From Nitrospirota bacterium (GTDB lineage Bacteria; Nitrospirota; Thermodesulfovibrionia; Thermodesulfovibrionales; SM23-35), in assembly GCA_040757475.1 (NCBI GenBank), contig JBFLWW010000002.1:23818-87817 (forward strand): 64,000 nt of DNA, read 5' to 3'. The notes below the pieces were generated by a model, which ran no database searches, was not told the DNA's origin, and was given only the letters and a program-made list of their open reading frames with translations. Positions 17,670-26,714 of this stretch are shown piece by piece. A program made the translations under genes and the position numbers. Each line of letters starts with the position of its first letter. Positions within the stretch are counted from its first letter, which is position 1.

Positions 17670-18244
17670 GCCTGCCTAAGGCGGGGGGCTTCACCCTCAT
17701 CGAGTTATTGCTCGCATTTGCAATATTATCCGTAATACTTGCAACACTGTATAGCACGTTTTTCCTTTCGCATAAGGCACTGGATGGGATTGACAGCTCA
17801 TTGTTGAAACTCCAAGAATGTCGTGCAACTCTTGATGTCATGAGAAGGGAAGTAGACTCCATTCATTCCCTTTTAAAGGTTGATGACAGGGACATATATG
17901 GCAGGCAGACATCAAGACTTGTCTTTACCGCCTTTTCGTCTTTAAGACCGGGTCTTTCCATGATATCTTATTTTATTGAAGAAAAAGATGGTAAGTTAAT
18001 ACTCCTTAAAGAAATAAATTCTGCCTATATGTCTGATAATAAGGCTGAAAGTGTAGAGATAATAGAAGATGTTGAGGCTTTTATGGTAGAAGTTAAATAT
18101 AATGATAAATGGGTTAAAACATGGGATAGTTTTATAACCCATAGTATTCCTCAAGAGATCAGGATTACATTAACAACAAAGCTAAAAAATAAGACAGTTT
18201 CATTATTTGAAACTGTCAGGCCAAAAATTGGAAGGAGTATATGA
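17606..18244 (+). CDS. gspJ: Minor pseudopilin GspJ (repeat-encoded long leader)
   Basis: ATGA overlap with the gspI stop. The cleavage motif is KAGG/FTLIELLLAFAIL. The first ~22 codons lie in the 77-nt repeat element. Confidence 0.6.
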   Translation: MKNAKLRNFRIFNFEFSILNFRLPKAGGFTLIELLLAFAILSVILATLYSTFFLSHKALDGIDSSLLKLQECRATLDVMRREVDSIHSLLKVDDRDIYGRQTSRLVFTAFSSLRPGLSMISYFIEEKDGKLILLKEINSAYMSDNKAESVEIIEDVEAFMVEVKYNDKWVKTWDSFITHSIPQEIRITLTTKLKNKTVSLFETVRPKIGRSI

Positions 18245-19128
18245 GAGATAATAGAGGGATGGCCCTCGTATTGGTGCTTATGGTGCTTGTCATTATTACT
18301 GCCATGATTATAGAGTTTTCGTATGGTGTTTATACAGGTACAGGTGCACTTTATAACTGGCAGAGCTCTCAAAGACTCTCACTGATGGCAAAATCTGGAA
18401 TTCAAGTATCTCTCGAGAGTATCTCTGATATGAATGCTTCATATCCCTACACATACCCAGGTGTTATAGAGATGCCTGTTAGCCATACGCCCCTGCAGGA
18501 AGATTCTGATGGAACAATTCATGTAAGGATAGAGGATGAGAATTCAAAATTCAATATCAATTCTATTGTATACCCCAACGGCACATTAAATGAAAATGCA
18601 TTTAATTCTTTTAAGAGGCTTCTCTCATATCTTGCTGTGGATTCTGAGGTTGCCAACAGGGTTGCGGACTGGATAGATAAAGACAGCGAGCCGCGCCTTA
18701 TTTATTCTGAAGACAATGCTAAAAATGCGGCTCTCGATAGCCTTGATGAGCTGCTTTTAATAAATGGGGTAGACAGGCATACCTATGATAAGATCTCACC
18801 CTATCTGACTGTGTATGGCAATGGGCTTATAAATATTAACAGCGCAGAAATTCCTGTTCTTGTATGTCTTTCTGATACTATTACAGAGGAGCTTGCAGAG
18901 AGGATAATTCGCTACAGAGATATTATACCTTTTGAGGATACAAGCAAGATTGTAAAGGTTGCTGGCCTTGAGACTGTGGGACAATCCCTTATTGGACGAA
19001 TAACTGTTAAGGGTACAAGTTTTCGTATTATATCAACTGCGGAAGCAGGGGGTGTAAAAAGGATTGTAGACAGCGTTCTTGAAATATCAGGTGGCACTCC
19101 AACTGTCAAATACTGGAAGGAGATATGA
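18241..19128 (+). CDS. gspK: Minor pseudopilin GspK
   Basis: 295 aa. The N-terminus is RG-MALVLVLMVLVIITA. Position and size fit GspK. Confidence 0.65.
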   Translation: MRDNRGMALVLVLMVLVIITAMIIEFSYGVYTGTGALYNWQSSQRLSLMAKSGIQVSLESISDMNASYPYTYPGVIEMPVSHTPLQEDSDGTIHVRIEDENSKFNINSIVYPNGTLNENAFNSFKRLLSYLAVDSEVANRVADWIDKDSEPRLIYSEDNAKNAALDSLDELLLINGVDRHTYDKISPYLTVYGNGLININSAEIPVLVCLSDTITEELAERIIRYRDIIPFEDTSKIVKVAGLETVGQSLIGRITVKGTSFRIISTAEAGGVKRIVDSVLEISGGTPTVKYWKEI

Positions 19129-20210
19129 TGGGGAAGATAGCCTTTTTTGATATGAAGGGAGAAGAAATTACTCTCTATATGTTTGAAAAGAAGGCAGGCA
19201 ACTATGAATTGAAACTAACAACTACCTTTCCGGTCAGGGGATACAGTCCTATTATTATAATAAAAGATTTGCCTGAAGGTATAGAGGAGTCATATCTGAG
19301 TTTACCGTTAAGTTATCTAAATTTCAGGACTGTAGAACTTCCATTTTCTGACAGAAGAAGGATAAGAGAGGTTCTTCCATTCGAGCTAAATAATTTAATC
19401 CTGAATGGCTCTGGTAGTGTGGTTTTTGATAATATTACATTAGGGAATATTAATGGAAAATATAAGGTCCTTGCTGTATACATCGAGAAAATTATCCTCA
19501 GGGAGATTCTGGGAAGGTTCAAGGCATTCAATATATACCCAAAGGTTATAACATCAATAGAGCTTAAACCGCTTGTTGATAACTTCGATATAGAGCATCT
19601 TCTTAATCCAGTAGAGTTGGATAACAAAAAACGAATAGATATAGCTATAAGTGAGATCAAAGGTCACATTATTAACCTGAGGAGAGATGAATTTTCCTAT
19701 ACAAAAGATACCGAAAAAATAAAGAAGTCACTCAGATTGAGTGCAATACTTGCTGCCTTATTGATATTAGTGTTTGCTTCTGACCTGAGTTTAAGAATTT
19801 TCTCAATAAAGAGAGAAGCATCTAATATTAGAGAAGAGATCAGGAAGACATATTCAAGTATGTTTCCACATGAAAGGTCTACAGAGGCGTATGGCCCTGC
19901 GGCTTTAATATATCAGCTCAAATCACATATTAAAGAATTAAAGACTAAGGAAGAGTCTCTCACAGGTGTTTCTCCACTGCGGCTTTTGCTTGATCTGTCT
20001 CGTGTCAGCAGACCAGATATAGCATTTGCTGAGATAACAATAGATAGGGAGCGGGTAATACTGAGAGGTGAGGCTTCATCTCTAAGTGATGTCCAGCAGA
20101 TAAAGGGCAGGCTCGCAGAGTTCCTCACTGATGTCGATATCTCTGACACAAAATCCTCTTTACAGGGCCGGACAGTGTTTACTATTACAGCGAAGGAGAA
20201 GAGGTCTTGA
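19125..20210 (+). CDS. gspL: GspL-like assembly protein
   Basis: 361 aa with a cytoplasmic N-domain, a central TM (LSAILAALLILVFASDL) and a periplasmic C-domain. It is coupled to its neighbours. Confidence 0.55.
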   Translation: MMGKIAFFDMKGEEITLYMFEKKAGNYELKLTTTFPVRGYSPIIIIKDLPEGIEESYLSLPLSYLNFRTVELPFSDRRRIREVLPFELNNLILNGSGSVVFDNITLGNINGKYKVLAVYIEKIILREILGRFKAFNIYPKVITSIELKPLVDNFDIEHLLNPVELDNKKRIDIAISEIKGHIINLRRDEFSYTKDTEKIKKSLRLSAILAALLILVFASDLSLRIFSIKREASNIREEIRKTYSSMFPHERSTEAYGPAALIYQLKSHIKELKTKEESLTGVSPLRLLLDLSRVSRPDIAFAEITIDRERVILRGEASSLSDVQQIKGRLAEFLTDVDISDTKSSLQGRTVFTITAKEKRS

Positions 20211-20710
20211 GAGTAGGGCGATTGTTTTCACGTAATTCGCTGCTGATATGTGGAATCGGAGTGCTTATTGTGCTCGGCATTTTATTGGTTAATGTCCTTT
20301 TATCTGCAAAAACCGAACTCGCACAACTAAGAGTTCAACAGAAAGAGATGTCTTTGCTCAAAGATGAATTTGCGTCGCTCAAAAACAGGGTGGATTCTCT
20401 AAAAGGCAGAAGGTCTCTTACCAAGGTAGGAGGTATTGTTCAGGCGACTGATGAGGTTTTTGCGACTTCAGGCTTGAAAGATAAGATTAAATCTCTAAAG
20501 CCTGTTGGCAGGAGAGAGATAAAGGATGCCCTGGAGGAAGAGGCCGAAGTTCATATAGAAAAGGTAAACATGAATGAGATGATAAACATCTTTTATAAGA
20601 TTGAAAATGCACCTATGATTCTGTCTATAAAAAAGGCAACAATCAAGACATCATTTGAGAACCCTGAGTTACTGAATATCACAATGACCCTCGCATTCGT
20701 TAAAATCTAA
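20207..20710 (+). CDS. gspM: GspM-like protein
   Basis: 167 aa with a single N-terminal TM. It follows gspL. The assignment rests mainly on position. Confidence 0.45.
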   Translation: MRVGRLFSRNSLLICGIGVLIVLGILLVNVLLSAKTELAQLRVQQKEMSLLKDEFASLKNRVDSLKGRRSLTKVGGIVQATDEVFATSGLKDKIKSLKPVGRREIKDALEEEAEVHIEKVNMNEMINIFYKIENAPMILSIKKATIKTSFENPELLNITMTLAFVKI

Positions 20711-20712
20711 GA

Positions 20713-20768
20713 TTCAAAGTGAAAAATAGAAGATTAAAGATTTTCCTTATTTTTACATTTTCGATTTT
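20713..20768 (+). repeat. Degenerate copy of the AT-rich element at the gspM/gspN junction
   Basis: TTCAAAG TGAAAAA TAGAAGA TTAAAGA TTTTCCT TATTTTT ACATTTT CGATTTT. Confidence 0.7.
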
Positions 20769-21516
20769 GGGTTTTATATTTCTTTTCTGGTTAATAGTAA
20801 TCCCGGAGAGTTTAATTACAGATATGATCGAGAGCTCTATCAAAGGTGAAAATGTTCGGATAGGGATTGAGGGTTTCAAAAAAGGTTTATTCTATAATTT
20901 CAGGATTGGGAAAATTTTATTGAATAGCTCTAACGACACGCTGGTGTCTATTGAAGATATTTCTGGTCGTATTAACCTCCTGTTTTTTTTCATAATGAGA
21001 CTAAACATCTCTTTCCATGGAAATATAGGTAACGGTGTAATTCTGGGTAATATAAATCTGTCCGGGAATAAAAATCACATCAGTCTGAACATCAACTCTG
21101 TGAATATAGACAATGTCCCTCTTCTAAGAGTCATAGGTATCGAGGGGAAGGGTGTCCTGTCAGGAGAGTTCAGGTTAAAAAATAGTCAGGGTGACCTTAA
21201 ATTTTTCATAAGGGATGTACAACTAAAAGATACATCTTTTTCTGGTTTCCCAATTCCATTCAGTTTTTTTAATAGCATAAAAGGTGGTATGGTTATAAAA
21301 GGTGACCTGATTGAAGTTAATTCTATTTCATTTGAAGGTAAAGATATTTACGCGAGGGCTAAGGGAAGTGTACAAGGAAATAATCTGGACATAAAATTAG
21401 AATTGATGCCAGAAGCCTCTTTTACCGGTGAATCATACATTTTTACTCTTCTAAGCAATTACAAGATATCTCCTAAATATTATGTAATCCCTATAAAGAC
21501 GCGTATCAGCATATAA
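20719..21516 (+). CDS. gspN: GspN-like protein
   Basis: 265 aa with an N-terminal anchor, last gene of the cluster. The start codon and anchor lie within a degenerate repeat element. Confidence 0.4.
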   Translation: MKNRRLKIFLIFTFSILGFIFLFWLIVIPESLITDMIESSIKGENVRIGIEGFKKGLFYNFRIGKILLNSSNDTLVSIEDISGRINLLFFFIMRLNISFHGNIGNGVILGNINLSGNKNHISLNINSVNIDNVPLLRVIGIEGKGVLSGEFRLKNSQGDLKFFIRDVQLKDTSFSGFPIPFSFFNSIKGGMVIKGDLIEVNSISFEGKDIYARAKGSVQGNNLDIKLELMPEASFTGESYIFTLLSNYKISPKYYVIPIKTRISI

Positions 21517-21637
21517 TCTTAAATTCCAAATAACCAGACATCAATAACCAGATAAGTTCCATCATATCAATATATAGTAGTCTCTCTGTAATCTGGCACC
21601 CCAAATATAGGAACTGTTATTTCTTATTAATTTTTTC

Positions 21638-21666
21638 TTGACAACAGGTTTCTTCTCATCTATATT
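21638..21666 (+). promoter_or_regulatory. dcw (Pmra-like) promoter
   Basis: TTGACA (21638-43), a 17-nt spacer, then TATATT (21661-66). Confidence 0.6.
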
Positions 21667-21667
21667 G

Positions 21668-21692
21668 GTGGTAAAAAGTGGTAGAAAGTGGA
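21668..21692 (+). promoter_or_regulatory. Putative MraZ operator: three GTGG[TA] boxes at 10-bp spacing
   Basis: GTGGTaaaaaGTGGTagaaaGTGGA lies immediately downstream of the -10. This matches the known MraZ-box architecture of direct GTGGG-like repeats with a 10-bp period. Confidence 0.55.
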
Positions 21693-21699
21693 GGGAAGA

Positions 21700-22152
21700 G
21701 TGCCAGCTTTCTCCGGGAAATACTACTACACTGTTGACCCAAAGGGCAGAATTATTATTCCTGCTCTTTTCAGAGAAATCATTTCGACCAATTATAGCCC
21801 AAAGCTATACATTGCTAATGCCCTTTTTGATCGCTGTCTCTACGTATATCCCTTAGAAGAGTGGAATAGACTTCAGGAGCAGGTGCGGACAAAGCCAAGA
21901 TCAGACGAGGCGATTAGGTTCTTTATGAGAAGGGTTATTGCCTCTGCTGTTGAGGTGGAGATGGATAAACAGGGTAGGATTCTGATACCAGTAGCCCACA
22001 GGGAAGATGCAAACATAAATAGTGATGTTGTTATAGTCGGTCAGATAGAAAGGATTGAGCTCTGGGACAGAAATGAATGGGATGCTATGTTTGACCCTAC
22101 AAGGATAGATAAGAAGTCTGTTGAAGAAAGACTTGCGGGTTACGGTCTTTAA
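21700..22152 (+). CDS. mraZ: Transcriptional regulator MraZ
   Basis: Contains YYYTVDPKGRIIIP and a second DKQGRILIP motif. GTG 21700 lies 5 nt after GGAGG. The track start at 21688 is an alternative. Confidence 0.85.
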   Translation: MPAFSGKYYYTVDPKGRIIIPALFREIISTNYSPKLYIANALFDRCLYVYPLEEWNRLQEQVRTKPRSDEAIRFFMRRVIASAVEVEMDKQGRILIPVAHREDANINSDVVIVGQIERIELWDRNEWDAMFDPTRIDKKSVEERLAGYGL

Positions 22153-23028
22153 ATGAAAAAAATGCATCTCCCGGTTCTTCTCAGGGAGGTGATTGAGGCG
22201 CTCAGCCCGAGGTCAGGTGGAATATATATTGATGCAACAATTGGTCTCGGGGGACATTCAGAGGAGATATTAAGGTTGATTGGTCATGGGGGGAAGCTTA
22301 TCGGTATTGACAGGGATGAAGAGGCCCTGAAAATAGTGAGGAAAAGACTTTCAGATAGGAGGGTCATACTGAAGAGTGGAAATTTTTCAGAAATGGAGAG
22401 ATTGCTACATCCACATGGAATCTCTGATGTTGACGGCATCTTGTTTGATCTTGGTGTCTCGATGTTGCAGCTAAAGAATCCAGAAAGGGGATTTAGTTTT
22501 ATTTCTGATGAACATCTGGATATGAGGATGGATAGAAGGCAGGAAGTATCTGCATGGGATGTCGTGAACAGATATTCAGAAAAAGAGCTTGAGCGTATTC
22601 TAAAAGAATTTGGCGAAGAGCGCCTCGCAAGAAGGATAGTAAAGGCAATAGCCAGCTACAGAAGTAAAAAGACGATTGATACCTGTTCTGAACTATCAAA
22701 GATTGTGGAGGGTGTATACGGCAGGAGAGGAAAACTTCATCCAGCAACAAAGACATTCCAGGCATTAAGAATAGAGGTGAATAGGGAGCTTGATGAGCTC
22801 AGGGCAGGGCTCGATTCTTCGTTGAGACTTCTAAAAAGAGGCGGAAGGTTATGCGTTATCTCCTACCACTCACTCGAAGACAGGATAGTGAAAAATTTTA
22901 TAAGAGATAGCGTAAGACAGGGATTTCTCATGGTCATTACAAAGAAGCCTGTCACGCCTATCCCTGAAGAACTTATGGTAAATCCCTCTTCAAGGAGTGC
23001 AAAACTCAGGGCGGCGGAGAGGATATGA
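22153..23028 (+). CDS. rsmH: 16S rRNA (cytosine1402-N4)-methyltransferase RsmH
   Basis: Contains HLPVLLREV and DATIGLGGHS, in the expected dcw position. Confidence 0.9.
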   Translation: MKKMHLPVLLREVIEALSPRSGGIYIDATIGLGGHSEEILRLIGHGGKLIGIDRDEEALKIVRKRLSDRRVILKSGNFSEMERLLHPHGISDVDGILFDLGVSMLQLKNPERGFSFISDEHLDMRMDRRQEVSAWDVVNRYSEKELERILKEFGEERLARRIVKAIASYRSKKTIDTCSELSKIVEGVYGRRGKLHPATKTFQALRIEVNRELDELRAGLDSSLRLLKRGGRLCVISYHSLEDRIVKNFIRDSVRQGFLMVITKKPVTPIPEELMVNPSSRSAKLRAAERI

Positions 23029-23351
23029 TACGCACAGGCAGCAATAAAAATATGTTATCATTTATTGTAAAGTTTTTGTGTGTAGCCCTCCTGCTTTTTG
23101 GTGTGTTCGGTCTTGTATGGCTCAGGTCCAGCATTATAAATTTAGAGTACAATCTCGGTGACCTTGAAAAAAAGAGGATGGAGCATCTTAAAGAGAGGAC
23201 GCTGCTACTTGCTGAAAGGGCAAGTCTTTTGTCTCCGCTCCACCTTACCCATGGCTTTGTCTTTCCTGACAGAGTCAGGGTGATACATGTGAAGAAGCAG
23301 AGAGGACCTGCACCGTACAAGGTTGCTCTTCAGCGCAAGGGAAATGAATAA
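23025..23351 (+). CDS. ftsL: FtsL-like cell division protein
   Basis: 108 aa with a single TM followed by a coiled-coil-like region. It sits between rsmH and ftsI. Confidence 0.55.
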   Translation: MIRTGSNKNMLSFIVKFLCVALLLFGVFGLVWLRSSIINLEYNLGDLEKKRMEHLKERTLLLAERASLLSPLHLTHGFVFPDRVRVIHVKKQRGPAPYKVALQRKGNE

Positions 23352-25044
23352 AAAAAGGGCAATTATTCTGAATACTGTAATTATTTTCAGTTTCTTTGCG
23401 GTATCTTTGCGTCTGACAGACCTGATGATACTAAACCACAAGCGCCTATCTGAGAGGGCAAGAGCACAACATATAAAGGTTGAAGACATCCAGGTGAGAA
23501 GGGGAACTATATCTGACCGGAGAGAAAGAGAAATGGCGGTAAACCTTGAGCTTGAGTCGCTTTACTGTGACCCTGAAAGCCTTATTATTGATGATGTTGA
23601 TGTAAAGAAACTTTCAATGACTATCGGCAGGAAGGCAGAAGTGATTCTATCTAAGATACCCCCGGAGGGAAGGTTTGCATGGATCGAAAGGAAGCTCGAC
23701 TCTGATGTTGCTGGTAAGGTAAGGAGGCTTGATATCAAGGGTCTGGGTTTTCTGCCAGAGGCAAAAAGATTTTATCCAAAAGGAAAGCTTGCCGCTCATA
23801 TCCTCGGTTTTGTTGGTGTGGACAACCAGGCACTTGAAGGAATCGAACTTGAATATGACGAATATCTAAAGACAACCGGGGGGAAAATATTATTCTCAAG
23901 GGATGCAAGTGGCAAAGTTCTATCATCTGGAGTGGATATAAAGGCAAAAGGGAATAATATCGTGCTTACAATAGATGAAGGGCTTCAGTATCTTGTCGAA
24001 AGCGAACTTGAAAAGGCGATGTTGAAATGGAGGTCTTCTGCAGCATCGGCTATCATGATAGACCCATTTACAGGAGAGATACTGGCCCTTGCCAATATAC
24101 CTGCATACGACCCGAACAGTCCCATGAGGGTAAGCGGTTTTGAAAGGAGAAACAGGGCTATTACTGATTGCTATGAACCAGGTTCTGCATTCAAAATAAT
24201 TGTCGGGACCGCTGCACTTGAGGAGAAGATAGTTGACCTCAACACAAAATTTGATTGTAGCAGAGGAGGCGTTGAGGTTGGTGGTAAAGTAATACACGAT
24301 GCCCACAGACATGGTGTACTTACATTCAAGGAGGTTATTCAGAAATCCTCCAATGTTGGTTCTGTCATGATTGGTATGAAACTCGGGAAGGAAAGGGTTT
24401 ATAAATATGCGAAGCTTTTCGGGTTTGGTGAAAAGACAGAGATAGACTTACCAGGTGAGGTTTCAGGATGGATATATCCGCCAGAAAAATGGTCAGGTAC
24501 CTCTATTGGTGCTATATCAATCGGCCAGGAGGTTGCTGTAACACCACTCCAGATACTCAGGGCATATTCCGCAATTGCGAATGGAGGTTTTCTTGTCAGG
24601 CCACATGTTGTCTCTGAGATAAGGTCACCTGAAGGTCAGGTGCTTGTTTCCTTCAGGGGGTATGAAAAGAAGCGTGCAATTTCCACAGAGACAGCCGAGA
24701 CATTCAAAGATATACTGAAGACTGTTGTTGAAGAAGGCGGGACAGGGTGTAGTGCTTCAGTTGAGGGTAATCAGGTAGCAGGCAAGACAGGGACAGCGCA
24801 GGTTATAGACCCAAAGACAGGGAGATATTCAAAAGAAAAATATGTGAGTTCGTTTGTAGGATTTGTGCCGGCTGACAATCCTAAGATGGCTCTTATTATC
24901 GTCATTTATGAGCCTAAAGGCCAGATTTACGGAGGTGTTGTAGCCGCACCTGTTTTCAAGGAAATAGCGAATCAGGCATTGTCATATCTTAATGTGCCGA
25001 GGGAAGACACCCCTAACAAAAATTTTATGCTGGTATCAAGATGA
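23344..25044 (+). CDS. ftsI: Peptidoglycan D,D-transpeptidase FtsI (PBP3)
   Basis: Contains SxxK (SAFK), SxN (SSN) and KTG (GKTGTA). ATG 23344 overlaps the ftsL stop. Confidence 0.85.
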   Translation: MNKKRAIILNTVIIFSFFAVSLRLTDLMILNHKRLSERARAQHIKVEDIQVRRGTISDRREREMAVNLELESLYCDPESLIIDDVDVKKLSMTIGRKAEVILSKIPPEGRFAWIERKLDSDVAGKVRRLDIKGLGFLPEAKRFYPKGKLAAHILGFVGVDNQALEGIELEYDEYLKTTGGKILFSRDASGKVLSSGVDIKAKGNNIVLTIDEGLQYLVESELEKAMLKWRSSAASAIMIDPFTGEILALANIPAYDPNSPMRVSGFERRNRAITDCYEPGSAFKIIVGTAALEEKIVDLNTKFDCSRGGVEVGGKVIHDAHRHGVLTFKEVIQKSSNVGSVMIGMKLGKERVYKYAKLFGFGEKTEIDLPGEVSGWIYPPEKWSGTSIGAISIGQEVAVTPLQILRAYSAIANGGFLVRPHVVSEIRSPEGQVLVSFRGYEKKRAISTETAETFKDILKTVVEEGGTGCSASVEGNQVAGKTGTAQVIDPKTGRYSKEKYVSSFVGFVPADNPKMALIIVIYEPKGQIYGGVVAAPVFKEIANQALSYLNVPREDTPNKNFMLVSR

Positions 25045-26705
25045 AACTTAGAGAACTTCTTCACGGTTGTGATTATATTGACTCCTCACTTGTCACTTGT
25101 CACTTGTCACTCGATACGGACATCTCAGGTGTAGCTTATGATTCGAGAAAGGTGAAAGAAGGTTACCTGTTTGTGGCGATAAAAGGTGAGAAGCACGATG
25201 GCCATGATTTCATCGGTGATGCAATTAAGCGAGGAGCAGTGGCAATAGTGCATGAAAAAACAGTAACGAGTTACGAGTTACGAGTTACGAGTAAAGAAAA
25301 AGACTTGTCACTTGTCACTCGTCACTTGTCACTTATTCAGGTCAAAAACAGCAGAAAGGCACTTGCCTGTATCGCAAATAATTTTTACGGGAGGCCCTCT
25401 GAGAGGCTCACAGTTATAGGTATAACCGGTACAAACGGGAAGACAACGACAACATATCTCCTTAAATCTATACTCGAATCGTGGGGAAAAGAAATCGGTC
25501 TTATTGGAACAATACAATACATGATAAAGGACAAAAGTTACTCTGCATTATATACAACACCCGAGGCATTAGAGTTCCATGGACTTTTAAGAGATATGCT
25601 CTTATCAGGGTGCACGCATATCATATCAGAGGTCTCATCACACGCCCTTGCTCAGAGCAGAGTGGATGGGACTGTTTTTAAGACTGTAGCGTTTACAAAT
25701 CTCACAAGGGAACATCTGGACTTCCATAAAACTTTGGAGGATTACTTCAGGGCAAAGGAGAGACTGTTTAGAGAGCTTCTCGATAAGGATGGGACCTCTG
25801 TAATAAATCTCGATGACCTATATGGAAAAAGACTGATCTCTTCACTCAGCAGCGGGGTCCCCAGAAAGTCGCAAGACTTTCTGGGGCGTATATTAACATA
25901 CGGCCTTGAGACAGGAGCAGACATTATGGCGAGGGATATCAATAGTTCATTCAAAGGGTTGAGGTTCAAAATAGCATTCCGTGGCAGGAATTATAATATC
26001 TCATCTGCTCTGATGGGTCTACCAAATGTATACAATATTATGTCTGCAGCTGGGGCATCAATCTCGATAGGAGTTCCATGGGATATAATTCTTGAGGGTA
26101 TAAAAAATTTAGGCACTGTTACAGGCAGATTCGAAAAGGTTAATCTTGATCAGAATTTTCTGTGTATCGTTGATTATGCCCATACAGAGGATGCCCTCGA
26201 GAGGCTGATATATACAGCGAGGGAACTTATAAATAAGCCTTTAGTCAATAGTCATCAGTCATTAGTGAAAGACAGTAACAAGTTACGAGTTACGAGTAAC
26301 AAGTATGAAGATAAGAACTTGTCACTTGTTACTTGTCACTCGTCACCCCGTATTATTACTGTCTTTGGGTGTGGAGGAGATAGAGATCGCAGTAAGAGAC
26401 CGGGGATGGGTACAGTAGCAACAAGGCTTAGCGATTTTGTGATTATCACCTCTGACAATCCGAGGTCTGAAGACCCGAACAAAATAATTAGAGAGATTGA
26501 AGCAGGAGCTATAAGGAGAAACTATATAATCGAACCTGACAGAGCAGAGGCAATCAAAAGAGCTATTATGCTGGCAGGCGAGGGAGATATTGTCCTTGTT
26601 GCAGGCAAGGGACATGAGGATTATCAGGAAATTAAAGGTGTAAGGTATAGATTTAATGACAGGGAAATATTAGAAAAGGCGATCAAACAAAGAATAAAGT
26701 CGTAA
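25041..26705 (+). CDS. murE: UDP-MurNAc-tripeptide synthetase MurE, carrying three in-frame repeat insertions
   Basis: Contains DSRKV, GITGTNGKTTT, DYAHTEDAL and GCGGDRD. The ORF is 554 aa versus roughly 490-500 aa typical. Confidence 0.9.
   Translation: MKLRELLHGCDYIDSSLVTCHLSLDTDISGVAYDSRKVKEGYLFVAIKGEKHDGHDFIGDAIKRGAVAIVHEKTVTSYELRVTSKEKDLSLVTRHLSLIQVKNSRKALACIANNFYGRPSERLTVIGITGTNGKTTTTYLLKSILESWGKEIGLIGTIQYMIKDKSYSALYTTPEALEFHGLLRDMLLSGCTHIISEVSSHALAQSRVDGTVFKTVAFTNLTREHLDFHKTLEDYFRAKERLFRELLDKDGTSVINLDDLYGKRLISSLSSGVPRKSQDFLGRILTYGLETGADIMARDINSSFKGLRFKIAFRGRNYNISSALMGLPNVYNIMSAAGASISIGVPWDIILEGIKNLGTVTGRFEKVNLDQNFLCIVDYAHTEDALERLIYTARELINKPLVNSHQSLVKDSNKLRVTSNKYEDKNLSLVTCHSSPRIITVFGCGGDRDRSKRPGMGTVATRLSDFVIITSDNPRSEDPNKIIREIEAGAIRRNYIIEPDRAEAIKRAIMLAGEGDIVLVAGKGHEDYQEIKGVRYRFNDREILEKAIKQRIKS
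25080..25114 (+). repeat. Heptamer array (GACTCCT, 3x CACTTGT, CACTCGA) in the murE N-terminus
   Basis: Read directly from the sequence. It translates DSSLVTCHLSLD. Confidence 0.9.
25262..25338 (+). repeat. Composite inverted heptamer element (5x AGTTACG-type, spacer unit, 5x CTTGTCA-type) in murE
   Basis: 11 units on one lattice. It translates VTSYELRVTSKEKDLSLVTRHLSL. Confidence 0.9.
26241..26345 (+). repeat. Composite element of 15 heptamers = 35 codons in murE
   Basis: 4x TAGTCA-type, 5x AGT[TA]AC[AG]-type, a spacer, then 4x CTTGT[CT]A-type units. It translates LVNSHQSLVKDSNKLRVTSNKYEDKNLSLVTCHSS. Confidence 0.9.
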
Positions 26706-26714
26706 TATCTATTA

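Noticed and set aside
25080-26345. Could the short repeat arrays be CRISPR arrays?
   Set aside because: The period is 7 nt (once 8) with no unique spacers between units. The arrays lie inside conserved ORFs, and there are no cas genes in the window.
25262-26345. The in-frame insertions in MurE, MurD and TsaD as mini-inteins or group I/II introns.
   Set aside because: The segments are only 24-35 codons. They lack intein splice-junction residues and motif blocks, and they lack any intron-like structure beyond simple imperfect hairpins.
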